Source of the DNA: an uncultured Gemmataceae bacterium
GTDB taxonomy: Bacteria; Planctomycetota; Planctomycetia; Gemmatales; Gemmataceae
Length of the DNA: 37,493 nt
Assembly: GCA_937922175.1 (NCBI GenBank)
Contig: CAKZUU010000144.1
Coordinates: forward strand, 1 to 37,493
Reading direction: 5' to 3'
Shown here: in pieces, positions 26,122 through 34,781 of the stretch
Layout: every line of letters begins with the position of its first letter
How positions within the stretch are numbered: position 1 is the stretch's first letter
Program-made: the position numbers and the translations under genes
The notes under the pieces: model-generated
Told to the model about the DNA's origin: nothing
Database searches by the model: none
What the model saw: the letters and a program-made list of their open reading frames with translations, nothing else

Positions 26122-28368
26122 TCATCGACGAAGTTGGAATTCCTTGCTGTTCAGCAGTGCCCAAGCCAGGTCTTCGAGAGCGGCCCGCCGGTCTTTGGTC
26201 GAGAGGAGGTGTGCTTCGGCGGCGCTTCGCTCCACGGCGGAGGGGAAGCGCGACACCGTCGCCAGCCAAAGCTCGTCGATGAGCGTTGACATGTCGGAGT
26301 GTTCGGCCAGTAGCCGACTCAAGCGATTGTTTGGAGATCGGAGCAAGCGATTGACAATCTCGCCATTGAACATTTGCAATGCTTGTGGGATGCTGACTTC
26401 GTCTCGACGTTCACACTCGCAGGTTAGCAAGCGCTCCGGTTTGCCGAACGTTTTCATGAACTGTTCGGGGAAGGTTCGTTGTTTTCCCGACGGGTCGGCC
26501 ATCACTCCCGGCAATTCGATGGCGCGACGCCCCAGCGGTTGCCCTTCGTGCTTGACCGGCACCGCCAAGGCGTCGGCAACCGCATCCAACAGCACCTCCG
26601 CGGTCAGGCGTCGGATCGAAGCATGCGAATAGTTGAGGTCGTCCTCCGCGTTGGTTTGGTTCGGTTCGGAACGGAGTTGGTAGGTAGCCGACGACGTGAC
26701 CTGGCGGATCAAGTGCTTCAGATGAAAACCGTTGGTGACGAAATCACACGCGAGTTCGTTCAACAATTCCGGATGAGGTGGGGGATTGGTGGATCGAAAA
26801 TCGTCAACGGGATCGACAAGCCCACGGCCCATCAACCGCGCCCAGACACGATTCACTTGGACTCGTGCGAAGTAAGGGTTTGTGGGGGAGGTGACCCACT
26901 CGGCCCAAGCGGCCAGGCGATCCTCATGCGGAAGAAGCGGCAAGGCTTCATCAGGTAGTCGTGGGGGGACCACCTGATTCGTTCGCGGATCTTTGACTTC
27001 GCTGACCCGATCCAGCCAGACGATCTGCTCACCGATGAACTCATGCGTGTCCAGATTGTCCTGACGGCGATTCTCAACGACGCGATATTGGACCCGGGCG
27101 AAGAAGGCAGCGATTCCGTAATAATCGTCCATCGTCCAACGGTCGAAAGGATGATTGTGGCAACGGGCGCATTGCAAGCGGATGCCAAGGAAGACCTGGG
27201 CGGCGGCTTCGGCGCGACCGGCGGGGTCGCGCAACGCGCGGTAATAGTTGGCCGGTCCATGAACGTAAGTGCTGCCTCGTCCCATCAACAAGTCATGGAC
27301 CATCGCATTCAAAGGCCGATCCGCTGCGATTTGCCGACGCAACCAATCGTGGAAAACGGCAACCCCCTTGCGGTCCAGCGACTTCTCTTCGACACGAAGC
27401 AAATCAGCCCACATCAGCGCCCAGTAGGAGGCAAATTCCGGTCGATGCAGCAACTCGTCGACGACCCGTTCGCGCTTGTCGGGGCGCGGATCGCGGAGAA
27501 ATTGCCGCACCGAAGCCGGGGTCGGCAAGGTCCCGATGAGATCCAGGTAGACTCGGCGGAGGAAGGTGGCGTCGTCGCAGAGGGGCGAAGGGTGGATTTG
27601 CAAAGTTCGCAGTTTGGCGAAGATGTGCCGGTCGATGACGTTCTTTTCCGCCGGGGGCGACCAGACGAAGTCCGGCCGAGCTTGAACCCAGGTCACAGGA
27701 ACGGCGGTTTGTTGATCCAAAAAGCGAACCATCACTGTCGTCTCACCGAACTGACGCCGGTGCACCGTGCCGTCCGGATCGACGACGGCTTTTTCCGGGT
27801 GGACGACTTCGAACGCGGTGAGCCGAGTGACATCGGTCTGTTGACCATCCGACCACAGCGCCTGTACGCGGAGCGCGACGGAGGCAACAGGCTCGTGGGC
27901 GAGGACAGAAGCTGGCTCCACGCTCAGGCGGATGAGGCGCCGAGCCGGCGGGCGTCGACCCGCGCCTTGGGCGATCCATTGGTGGAGAATTTGATATTCC
28001 GGCGAACGATTGCTGAACCGTTGCCCTCCCTCGTGGGGAAGGGTGGCCGTCGCCTTCCGCAGGATGAGGCTCTCGTCCGGGAGAAGGGGATTGACACGAC
28101 GGCCCAAGGCGTGTCGAGTCAACGCCTGATAGTCCCAAGACGGGTTCTCACCGCGCAGGCTCAGCTTGAAACCGCCTTTCCCATACTGATTTCCGTGGCA
28201 GGCACCTTGGTTGCAGCCCGCGCGCGACAGAACAGCCATCACCTCGACGTCGAACCGCGGTTCGTCAGCGAGGGCGACAGCCCCGAAGGCACTCGTCACG
28301 CCGAAAATAATGAATCGACTCATGGACGAGCTCAGCAAACGTTCTCGAGGGAAGCTCAAGGGTCTCAT
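26122..28368 (-). CDS. DUF1549/DUF1553 (PSD-type) domain protein
   Basis: GCNQGACHG, RLQCARCHNHPFDRW and NPYFARVQVNRVWARLMGRGLVDPVDDF. The ATG at 28321-28323 (MSRFIIFGVTSAFGAVALA) is the more likely signal-peptide start. Confidence 0.9.
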   Translation of the reverse strand: MRPLSFPRERLLSSSMSRFIIFGVTSAFGAVALADEPRFDVEVMAVLSRAGCNQGACHGNQYGKGGFKLSLRGENPSWDYQALTRHALGRRVNPLLPDESLILRKATATLPHEGGQRFSNRSPEYQILHQWIAQGAGRRPPARRLIRLSVEPASVLAHEPVASVALRVQALWSDGQQTDVTRLTAFEVVHPEKAVVDPDGTVHRRQFGETTVMVRFLDQQTAVPVTWVQARPDFVWSPPAEKNVIDRHIFAKLRTLQIHPSPLCDDATFLRRVYLDLIGTLPTPASVRQFLRDPRPDKRERVVDELLHRPEFASYWALMWADLLRVEEKSLDRKGVAVFHDWLRRQIAADRPLNAMVHDLLMGRGSTYVHGPANYYRALRDPAGRAEAAAQVFLGIRLQCARCHNHPFDRWTMDDYYGIAAFFARVQYRVVENRRQDNLDTHEFIGEQIVWLDRVSEVKDPRTNQVVPPRLPDEALPLLPHEDRLAAWAEWVTSPTNPYFARVQVNRVWARLMGRGLVDPVDDFRSTNPPPHPELLNELACDFVTNGFHLKHLIRQVTSSATYQLRSEPNQTNAEDDLNYSHASIRRLTAEVLLDAVADALAVPVKHEGQPLGRRAIELPGVMADPSGKQRTFPEQFMKTFGKPERLLTCECERRDEVSIPQALQMFNGEIVNRLLRSPNNRLSRLLAEHSDMSTLIDELWLATVSRFPSAVERSAAEAHLLSTKDRRAALEDLAWALLNSKEFQLRR

Positions 28369-28380
28369 CGGGTGTCGAGA

Positions 28381-30714
28381 TTACTCTTTCTTCGCGACGA
28401 TGACCTTGATGTTGCCCGCCAACGCTGTTTGTGATCCTGTCTTGCCCTCAAGGGACACGTCGGCTTTTTCAATCGGGGCAGCGTCTGCGGCGGCAGTCAG
28501 TTCGAGCTCGACTTCGTTCATCCCAGCAGCGATGGTCGCCTTGGGCGCGGTCACTCCAGCCGGCAAATTTTTGAACTCGAGTTCGATCGGCCCGGAAAAA
28601 CCGCCTTTTCGAGTGGCGAGGGCTTTGACTTTCACTTTATCGCCGGGTTTCATCGGGGTGGGAGGCGAGGCCAAGGCGAGGGTGAAGGGAGCGGGAGCGA
28701 CTCGCAACGCGGCGGGAAGAGCAACTTGGAATTCGCGATTCTCCTTCTTGCCTTTGCCGATGATCGCGATGGGGTAAACCCCGACGGGGGCGTTCTCGGC
28801 AGCAGTGACCGCGAACTCTACCTTGGCCGTCTCCTTGGCAATCGGCTTGACCGCCGCCGAGACGTTCGGTGGCAAACCCACGACCGCGAGCGTGATCTCT
28901 TCGGCAAAGCCCTCTTTTCGCTCCGCCGTCACGGTCAAGTTCAATGGTGTTCCCCGGGCTGCCTCGTCATGGGCGTATTGAGCGGTCAGCCGGAACGGTG
29001 CCGCTACTGTGGCGACGTCCAAGGTGGTGAATTGCTCGCGGGGCGGGAAGGGAAGGTCCCCCCATCGTTGTCGAACCAGTGCCGACAGATCGGCAGAGCG
29101 AACGATTTCCCGATCGCCCACTTTGGCCCGCGCTTCAACTTTCGCGGTTCCCAGTACCGGTTCCCCGGTGTGCTGGACGGGCAACAGGGCGATGGGCAGA
29201 TTGGGCGCCAACGGAGCTTGCGCGTCGATACTCACCGAGCCGGTCAAACCGTGGGCACCGACGATTTTCACCTCGATCGGACCGGTTACGCCCTGTCGAG
29301 TCATGGTTTGGATGGGGAGGGCGGCCGTTCCGTTCTGGGGAATTTCGAGATGATCTGTTCCGAGTGTGAGTTGGAAGTCGGGTTCAGGGCGAGTTACCAC
29401 CAGGCGATAAACTTCTGAAGGGCCGTGTAAAAAGTTCAAATGCTCGACGACGACGGTGTATTCGCCGTCTTCGGGCGCGGTGAAGTCAATGCCTTTCCCC
29501 GAAGCGGGGTCGCTGGCGGCCAGTTGATTCCCTTGCTTGTTTTTCAAGACGTAATAGACATCGGCAGGCGAGAGCAATTCGTGGGTCATCGATTGGATGA
29601 CGACCCGTTCGCCTTTTTTCCCGGTAAAGGTGAAGCAATCGTGATCGGATCGGGTCTCGAAGCGACCACTGATGCCACAGGGTAACTCGATCCGTTGAGC
29701 TTTGGCCGGTTCGTCGTTTGGCTCCTGCTCATTTAATTCGGGGAACGAACTGAGGAGAAGCGAGACGGGCCAACCGGCTTGACCCGACTTTCCACGAGGG
29801 ACAACAGTCAAGGCGGGGATGCTGAGTTCGGCCGGGGCCGCGACAGGTACAGGGGAGGCGTCGTTGAGAAAGCTGCCGGCGAAGGTCACCGAGGCCGATG
29901 TCCCTCGCTGGACCGCCAACGGCATCGGGGTCGTGGCCAGGGGAAAATCTCCCACCCGCAGTCGATACCAGAAATCGCCTCCGCCGCGATAGGTGCTGTC
30001 GCGGATTTCGATCACGAAGTCGCCCCCCTCGGCGAACACATGCGTCAACCGGGCATCGGTCTGACATCCGGGAGCGTCGTCGTTGTACAGGCTGGGAATT
30101 TCGCGTCCGGTTTTCGCGTCGTGGATGAGGATCATCGGGTCCAGGGCGCTGCCCAAGCGACGGGCGAGCACATCGAGGCAAATTCGCTGACCGGGAGCAA
30201 CCGAGATTTTGAAGAACTCGCTGGTTTCGGCATCGATTCGCCCGGAGGCGACGCAAGGGATGGGCAAATCCATGGGCGTCGACTTGTTCCGATTTGCCGC
30301 TCCGGCGGTCGGCCCAGCGGGAAGGTCGTCGATACAGAAGGGGCGGACGTTCGACAGGCCGAACCGAGTCGCCAGGCGCAACGGATAAGCGCCGACGGGC
30401 GCGTCGGCCGGGACTTCGAGTCGGACACGCAATCGGGCGGGGTCATTTCCATTGTTCTGGTCGGTGGGGAAAGATGCTCTCCCCGGCAGGCCGAGCAGAG
30501 CGAGCGGTTCTTGCAAGTTCGTGCCGGTCAAGACGATTTCGATGGTTTCGCCCGGACGGGCCCCCAGGGGTGAGGGAAGCTGGATGGTCGGTGCCTGAGG
30601 GGCAGGGGGAATGATCGAGGCCGGGGGCTGGGCCAAGGCGCCGGCGCCGAAGCCCACGGCGATCAAAACGGAAAGCAAGGCTCGCAGCAAAGATGACCAG
30701 GAAGCCAGCAACAT
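28381..30714 (-). CDS. Secreted multi-domain protein with PPC (pre-peptidase C-terminal)-like beta domains
   Basis: The ATG at 30712-30714 gives a signal peptide MLLASWSSLLRALLSVLIAVGFGAGALAQ. EPNDEPAKAQRIELPCGISGRF...DHDCFTFTGKKGERVVI is PPC-like. The 314 codons upstream in the track ORF are antisense to the FHA gene. Confidence 0.7.
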   Translation of the reverse strand: MLLASWSSLLRALLSVLIAVGFGAGALAQPPASIIPPAPQAPTIQLPSPLGARPGETIEIVLTGTNLQEPLALLGLPGRASFPTDQNNGNDPARLRVRLEVPADAPVGAYPLRLATRFGLSNVRPFCIDDLPAGPTAGAANRNKSTPMDLPIPCVASGRIDAETSEFFKISVAPGQRICLDVLARRLGSALDPMILIHDAKTGREIPSLYNDDAPGCQTDARLTHVFAEGGDFVIEIRDSTYRGGGDFWYRLRVGDFPLATTPMPLAVQRGTSASVTFAGSFLNDASPVPVAAPAELSIPALTVVPRGKSGQAGWPVSLLLSSFPELNEQEPNDEPAKAQRIELPCGISGRFETRSDHDCFTFTGKKGERVVIQSMTHELLSPADVYYVLKNKQGNQLAASDPASGKGIDFTAPEDGEYTVVVEHLNFLHGPSEVYRLVVTRPEPDFQLTLGTDHLEIPQNGTAALPIQTMTRQGVTGPIEVKIVGAHGLTGSVSIDAQAPLAPNLPIALLPVQHTGEPVLGTAKVEARAKVGDREIVRSADLSALVRQRWGDLPFPPREQFTTLDVATVAAPFRLTAQYAHDEAARGTPLNLTVTAERKEGFAEEITLAVVGLPPNVSAAVKPIAKETAKVEFAVTAAENAPVGVYPIAIIGKGKKENREFQVALPAALRVAPAPFTLALASPPTPMKPGDKVKVKALATRKGGFSGPIELEFKNLPAGVTAPKATIAAGMNEVELELTAAADAAPIEKADVSLEGKTGSQTALAGNIKVIVAKKE

Positions 30715-30783
30715 GGATGTTGACCTCTGTAGCGAACGCAATGGGTCAAAAAGGTATTCAGGCGGGTAATAAGGTTGCCTTGA

Positions 30784-30792
30784 TGATACAAT
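30784..30792 (+). promoter_or_regulatory. Extended -10-like element TGATACAAT upstream of the FHA-GAF-HD-GYP gene
   Basis: TGnTAcAAT lies 220 nt upstream of the ATG at 31012, implying a long leader. Confidence 0.25.
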
Positions 30793-31011
30793 GCCACGGG
30801 CGTCGGGCCAAGGGGTCGTCGTCCCGATCATTTCGGCTTTGCCCCCAATGTTATCATGAGCTATCTTTTTCGCGCGGACTCCCGCGACGGTGGGAACCTT
30901 CCAGGTTCCCCTCGGCGGCGGAACCGTTTCCCTCGATCGATTCGGACTCGCCCGAACTTTGAGGACGATCGGTAACATGCCCCCGCGAGTGTCGCGAGAA
31001 GAGAGCCGGAG

Positions 31012-32529
31012 ATGAAACAGATGATTCGCCTTCGTGGCATCAGCGGCGACGTGAAAGGAAAAGTCTGGGAACACGACTCGTTGCTGCGTGCCGGTCGACT
31101 GAACTCCCTCGAAATCGTCTTGGATGACAATTCGGTCAGTCGACAACACGCCGAAATTCGCGCGACTCCCTCGGGTTGGTTGGTCCGGGATCTGAAAAGC
31201 ACCAACGGCACGTTCGTGAACGGCATCCGACTCGGAACCGAAGAGCGCCCCCTCCGCTCGCGCGACATCGTCCAGTTCGGCAAAGTCGCGGTCATCGTCG
31301 AGTTGAACGACGCGGTTTCGCCGAGCAACGGCTTGGTCGAGCAGATGGTTGTCGAGGCCACCTCCAACTGCTCGTGGGAGGAGGCGATCGGCAGTATCGC
31401 CTTTGATAGCAATCGCTGTCCGCGTCCGGGCGAGCAACTGATCGCTTTGCTTCGAGCCGGTCACCATCTGGTCCATTTGGAGAACGAGGCCGAACTGCTG
31501 CATTCGATACTCAACGATGCCGTCGCCGTTCTTGACGCCCAACGAGGGGCGATCGTTCTGGCGGATAACGATCATAAATTGCAAATCCGCGCCTTGGCCG
31601 GAGAGGCGTCGGGCCGCATCCACTTCAGCCACAAACTCGCCCAGCGATGCTTTCAAAGTGGGGAGTCGATCCTGTGCGGCTCAGTCGAGGAAGATCCGGA
31701 ACTCAAACGAGCCAAGTCGGTCAGCGACGGCTCGATGGCCTCGATCATCTGCGTGTTGCTGCGCACTCCCCGTCGTCGGTTAGGGGTGTTGCATCTGGAT
31801 CGCAACTTCTGGCAAAAACCGTTCACTCCGGACGATCTCCGTTTGGCGGATGGCCTGGCCGCCAATGTCTCGATGGGCATCGAGTGTGCCCAGTTGCTGC
31901 GACAGCAACGAGATCTGTTCCTCAACACCATCACCGTGCTCGCCCAGGCCGTCGAACTACGTGATGAATACACCGGGGGGCACACCGCTCGCGTCACGAA
32001 CTTCGCCTTGCTCTTGGCGCAACAGTTGGATTTGACGAACAAGGATGTGGAATTACTCCGCATCGGAACGCCCTTACATGACATCGGCAAAATCGGCATC
32101 GACGACGCCATCTTGCGCAAGCCAGCTCGCTTGACGCCCGAAGAGTTCAAAATCATGCAAAGCCATACCATCAAGGGCGATGCCATCATTTCGACGATTC
32201 CGGATTTGCGCGCGATTCGACCGATCGTCCGGTCGCACCATGAACGTTGGGACGGCAGCGGCTACCCCGATGGACTGGCCGGGGAGAATATCCCACTGTT
32301 GGCGCGAATCGTCGCCGTGGCGGATGCTTTCGACGCCATGACCTCCAACCGACCTTATCACCCGGATAAACGCGCCAAGTTACCCGAGGAGGCGTTCGCA
32401 GAAGTTCGCGCGATGGCGGGCCAGCAGTTTGATCCAACCTGCGCCCACGCCTTTCTTCAAATCGAAGACCGCATCCTCGAATCCATGCAAGCGTTGCGGC
32501 AGACGTGCATTTTCCGCAGCGGCACCTGA
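31012..32529 (+). CDS. FHA - GAF - HD-GYP domain signalling protein (putative c-di-GMP phosphodiesterase)
   Basis: FHA motifs SVSRQHAEI...STNGTFVNG, a central GAF-like region, and HDIGKIGI plus HHERWDGSGYPDGL (HD and GYP intact). Confidence 0.88.
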   Translation: MKQMIRLRGISGDVKGKVWEHDSLLRAGRLNSLEIVLDDNSVSRQHAEIRATPSGWLVRDLKSTNGTFVNGIRLGTEERPLRSRDIVQFGKVAVIVELNDAVSPSNGLVEQMVVEATSNCSWEEAIGSIAFDSNRCPRPGEQLIALLRAGHHLVHLENEAELLHSILNDAVAVLDAQRGAIVLADNDHKLQIRALAGEASGRIHFSHKLAQRCFQSGESILCGSVEEDPELKRAKSVSDGSMASIICVLLRTPRRRLGVLHLDRNFWQKPFTPDDLRLADGLAANVSMGIECAQLLRQQRDLFLNTITVLAQAVELRDEYTGGHTARVTNFALLLAQQLDLTNKDVELLRIGTPLHDIGKIGIDDAILRKPARLTPEEFKIMQSHTIKGDAIISTIPDLRAIRPIVRSHHERWDGSGYPDGLAGENIPLLARIVAVADAFDAMTSNRPYHPDKRAKLPEEAFAEVRAMAGQQFDPTCAHAFLQIEDRILESMQALRQTCIFRSGT

Positions 32530-32598
32530 GTTTCTACCCAAGGCAATGTCACCAAGCCGGCTCGCGGCCCGTGCCGAGTCGTGCTACAATTCCCGGCG

Positions 32599-33747
32599 AT
32601 GGACAAAAAGAAAAAAATTCGCGTCGAACTCCGGAAGAACCGCTCCAAGCCCCCCCGCGACAAACGCTGGACCCAAGAGTTTCAAGAGCACGGTTTCGCG
32701 GAGGATACGCAGCCGACCCAAGAGCGTGTCCGAGCCAAGGGCGAATTATCGCGGAAGCGGACCATCATCACGACGGAGCAGGCGCTTCATGCGGGCGACG
32801 ATCAGCCGACGACGATGCCCGTTGTCGATCCCCAGGAGTGTCTCTTGGGGCGTGTTTTGAAAGTGCAGGGTCTGTACAGTGTCGTCGAGGGGCCGGACGG
32901 TTCCACCTATCGTTGTGCCGTGCGGCGGTTATTGAAAACTCTGGTCACTGATGAGCGAAATGTCGTGACGACGGGTGATCGGGTCTGGTTTCGACCGGCC
33001 GCCGCGGGAGAGGGGTTCATCGAATCGATCGAACCGCGCCACGGTGTCCTGACCCGCGCTTCGCGTCGACGGGAGCATGTGTTGGTGGCCAACGTCGATC
33101 AATTGGTCGTCGTGATGTCGTTGGTCGAGCCGGAATTAAAGCCGCATTTGATTGATCGCTACCTCGCATGTGCTCAACGAGGCGGCCTGGACGTGCTGAT
33201 TTGCTTGAACAAAGCGGACCTCGTCGATCCCGTGCCTTTCCAACCTCTGATTGGAAGTTATGCCCAGGTCGGAGTGCCCGTGATTCTCACGAGCGCCCAA
33301 ACCGGGTTGGGGTTGGACTTGCTCAAGGAACGACTCGTGGGCCGAGCGACCGTCTTCTCGGGCCAGAGCGGTGTGGGAAAGTCGTCCTTGCTCAACGCCC
33401 TTCAGCCCGGCTTGGGGCTGCGGGTGCGCGAGGTCAGTGAGACGACCGAGAAGGGCCGGCACACCACCACCACTGCGGAATTGATTCCGCTGGCCTTTGG
33501 CGGTTGGGCAGTGGACACGCCGGGTGTCCGCCAATTTCAACTGGGGAATATCCGACCGGAAGAAGTCGAAGGCTTCTTCCCCGAGATGCGGCCTTTTGTC
33601 CCCTTGTGCGCCTTCCCTGATTGCTCGCACACTCACGAAGGTCGGTGCGCGGTCAAACAAGCCGTGGAACGGCGGTTGATCTCTCCTCGGCGCTACCTCA
33701 GCTATCGGGGCATGCTGCAAAGTGCCTGGGAAGAGCGGCATCAATGA
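32599..33747 (+). CDS. rsgA: Ribosome small-subunit-dependent GTPase A
   Basis: NKADL, GQSGVGKSSLLNAL, DTPGVRQF and the zinc motif CAFPDCSHTHEGRC. ATG at 32599; the ORF also opens with GTG at 32581. Confidence 0.9.
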   Translation: MDKKKKIRVELRKNRSKPPRDKRWTQEFQEHGFAEDTQPTQERVRAKGELSRKRTIITTEQALHAGDDQPTTMPVVDPQECLLGRVLKVQGLYSVVEGPDGSTYRCAVRRLLKTLVTDERNVVTTGDRVWFRPAAAGEGFIESIEPRHGVLTRASRRREHVLVANVDQLVVVMSLVEPELKPHLIDRYLACAQRGGLDVLICLNKADLVDPVPFQPLIGSYAQVGVPVILTSAQTGLGLDLLKERLVGRATVFSGQSGVGKSSLLNALQPGLGLRVREVSETTEKGRHTTTTAELIPLAFGGWAVDTPGVRQFQLGNIRPEEVEGFFPEMRPFVPLCAFPDCSHTHEGRCAVKQAVERRLISPRRYLSYRGMLQSAWEERHQ

Positions 33748-34733
33748 GCGACCTGTGCTCGTCCTTCTTCGAACACCCGGGCGATGACCGATTCCAGCGG
33801 CGGATCCTGCACGCTGACATCGATGACAGAATATCGGTCCAAAATCGCCGACAACACGCCGGCCACCTGCGAGCGATCGACGCGCAATTCTGCCGTCGGT
33901 CCACTTTGGCCGATCAGCTCCCCGAATCGGCTTAGATCGGCAGGAAGCCGGGCCTCTTGAAAATGAATTCGCAGTAACTTCGCTGTGCCGAATCTCTCGG
34001 TGAGTTGCCGCAGCGGGCCATCGAACAGGACTTTCCCATGCGTGATGACCAAGACGCGGTCGCAGAGTGCTTCGACATCGCGCATGTAATGACTCGTCAG
34101 AAGCATCGTCACGCCGCGACTCGCATTGTACTCCCGCAGGCATCGTTGGATCGTCACCTGGGCGACCACGTCGAGACCGATGGTTGGCTCGTCGAGGAGC
34201 AAGAGTTGCGGCTCGTGAAGCAACGCGGCGATCAACTCCATTTTCATTCGCTCTCCCAGCGACAACTCGCGGACGGGCTGCCGCACCAAATCGCCCACGC
34301 CGAACAGGTCGGTTAACTCGGTGAGAGTTTTCTCGAATCGTTTCTGCGGCAGAGAGTAAATTTCGCGGTGCAAGGCAAAACTATCCACCGCGGGCAGGTC
34401 CCACCACAACTGGTTTTTCTGGCCCATGACAAGCGAAAAACGCCGACGAAAGGCGTCGTCACGCTGCCACGGCACGAAGCCGAGCACCTCGGCAGTGCCC
34501 GAACTCGGATAGATCAATCCAGAGAGGATTTTTAATGTGGTCGTTTTGCCGGCACCGTTTGGACCCAGAAACGCGACCATCTCCCCTGGCTCGACGGTGA
34601 AGCTGACACCATCAACGGCTCGAACCTCTTTGTAATGACGGCGTATCAGAGCTTGCAGCGCCCCGGCCAAACCCGGTCTTTTCTGCACGACTCGATACGT
34701 CTTCGCGAGATCCACCGCACGAATGACTGGCAT
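33741..34733 (-). CDS. ABC transporter ATP-binding protein (no permease adjacent)
   Basis: GPNGAGKTT, LSLGERMK and LLLLDEPT, plus a ~90-aa C-terminal domain. Confidence 0.9.
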   Translation of the reverse strand: MPVIRAVDLAKTYRVVQKRPGLAGALQALIRRHYKEVRAVDGVSFTVEPGEMVAFLGPNGAGKTTTLKILSGLIYPSSGTAEVLGFVPWQRDDAFRRRFSLVMGQKNQLWWDLPAVDSFALHREIYSLPQKRFEKTLTELTDLFGVGDLVRQPVRELSLGERMKMELIAALLHEPQLLLLDEPTIGLDVVAQVTIQRCLREYNASRGVTMLLTSHYMRDVEALCDRVLVITHGKVLFDGPLRQLTERFGTAKLLRIHFQEARLPADLSRFGELIGQSGPTAELRVDRSQVAGVLSAILDRYSVIDVSVQDPPLESVIARVFEEGRAQVAH

Positions 34734-34781
34734 ACGCCAATTTTACAGTTCTCCCGCTCAACGGTCCTGGATCGCTCCGGG

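Noticed and set aside
27043-28434. A 463-aa plus-strand ORF
   Set aside because: It lies entirely antisense to the motif-rich DUF1549/DUF1553 gene. It is Arg/Gly/Val-rich, as is typical of high-GC shadow frames. The same reasoning rejects 22309-23235, 33136-34143, 29779-30573, 14784-15593, 12218-12979, 10073-10786, 13499-14200, 17307-17966, 35517-36173, 2379-2996 and 19221-20000.
30715-31656. The N-terminal 314 codons of the 1091-aa track ORF 28381-31656
   Set aside because: This part runs antisense to the well-supported FHA-GAF-HD-GYP gene and has no recognisable features. A clean signal peptide begins at the ATG at 30712-30714, so the true gene is 28381-30714.
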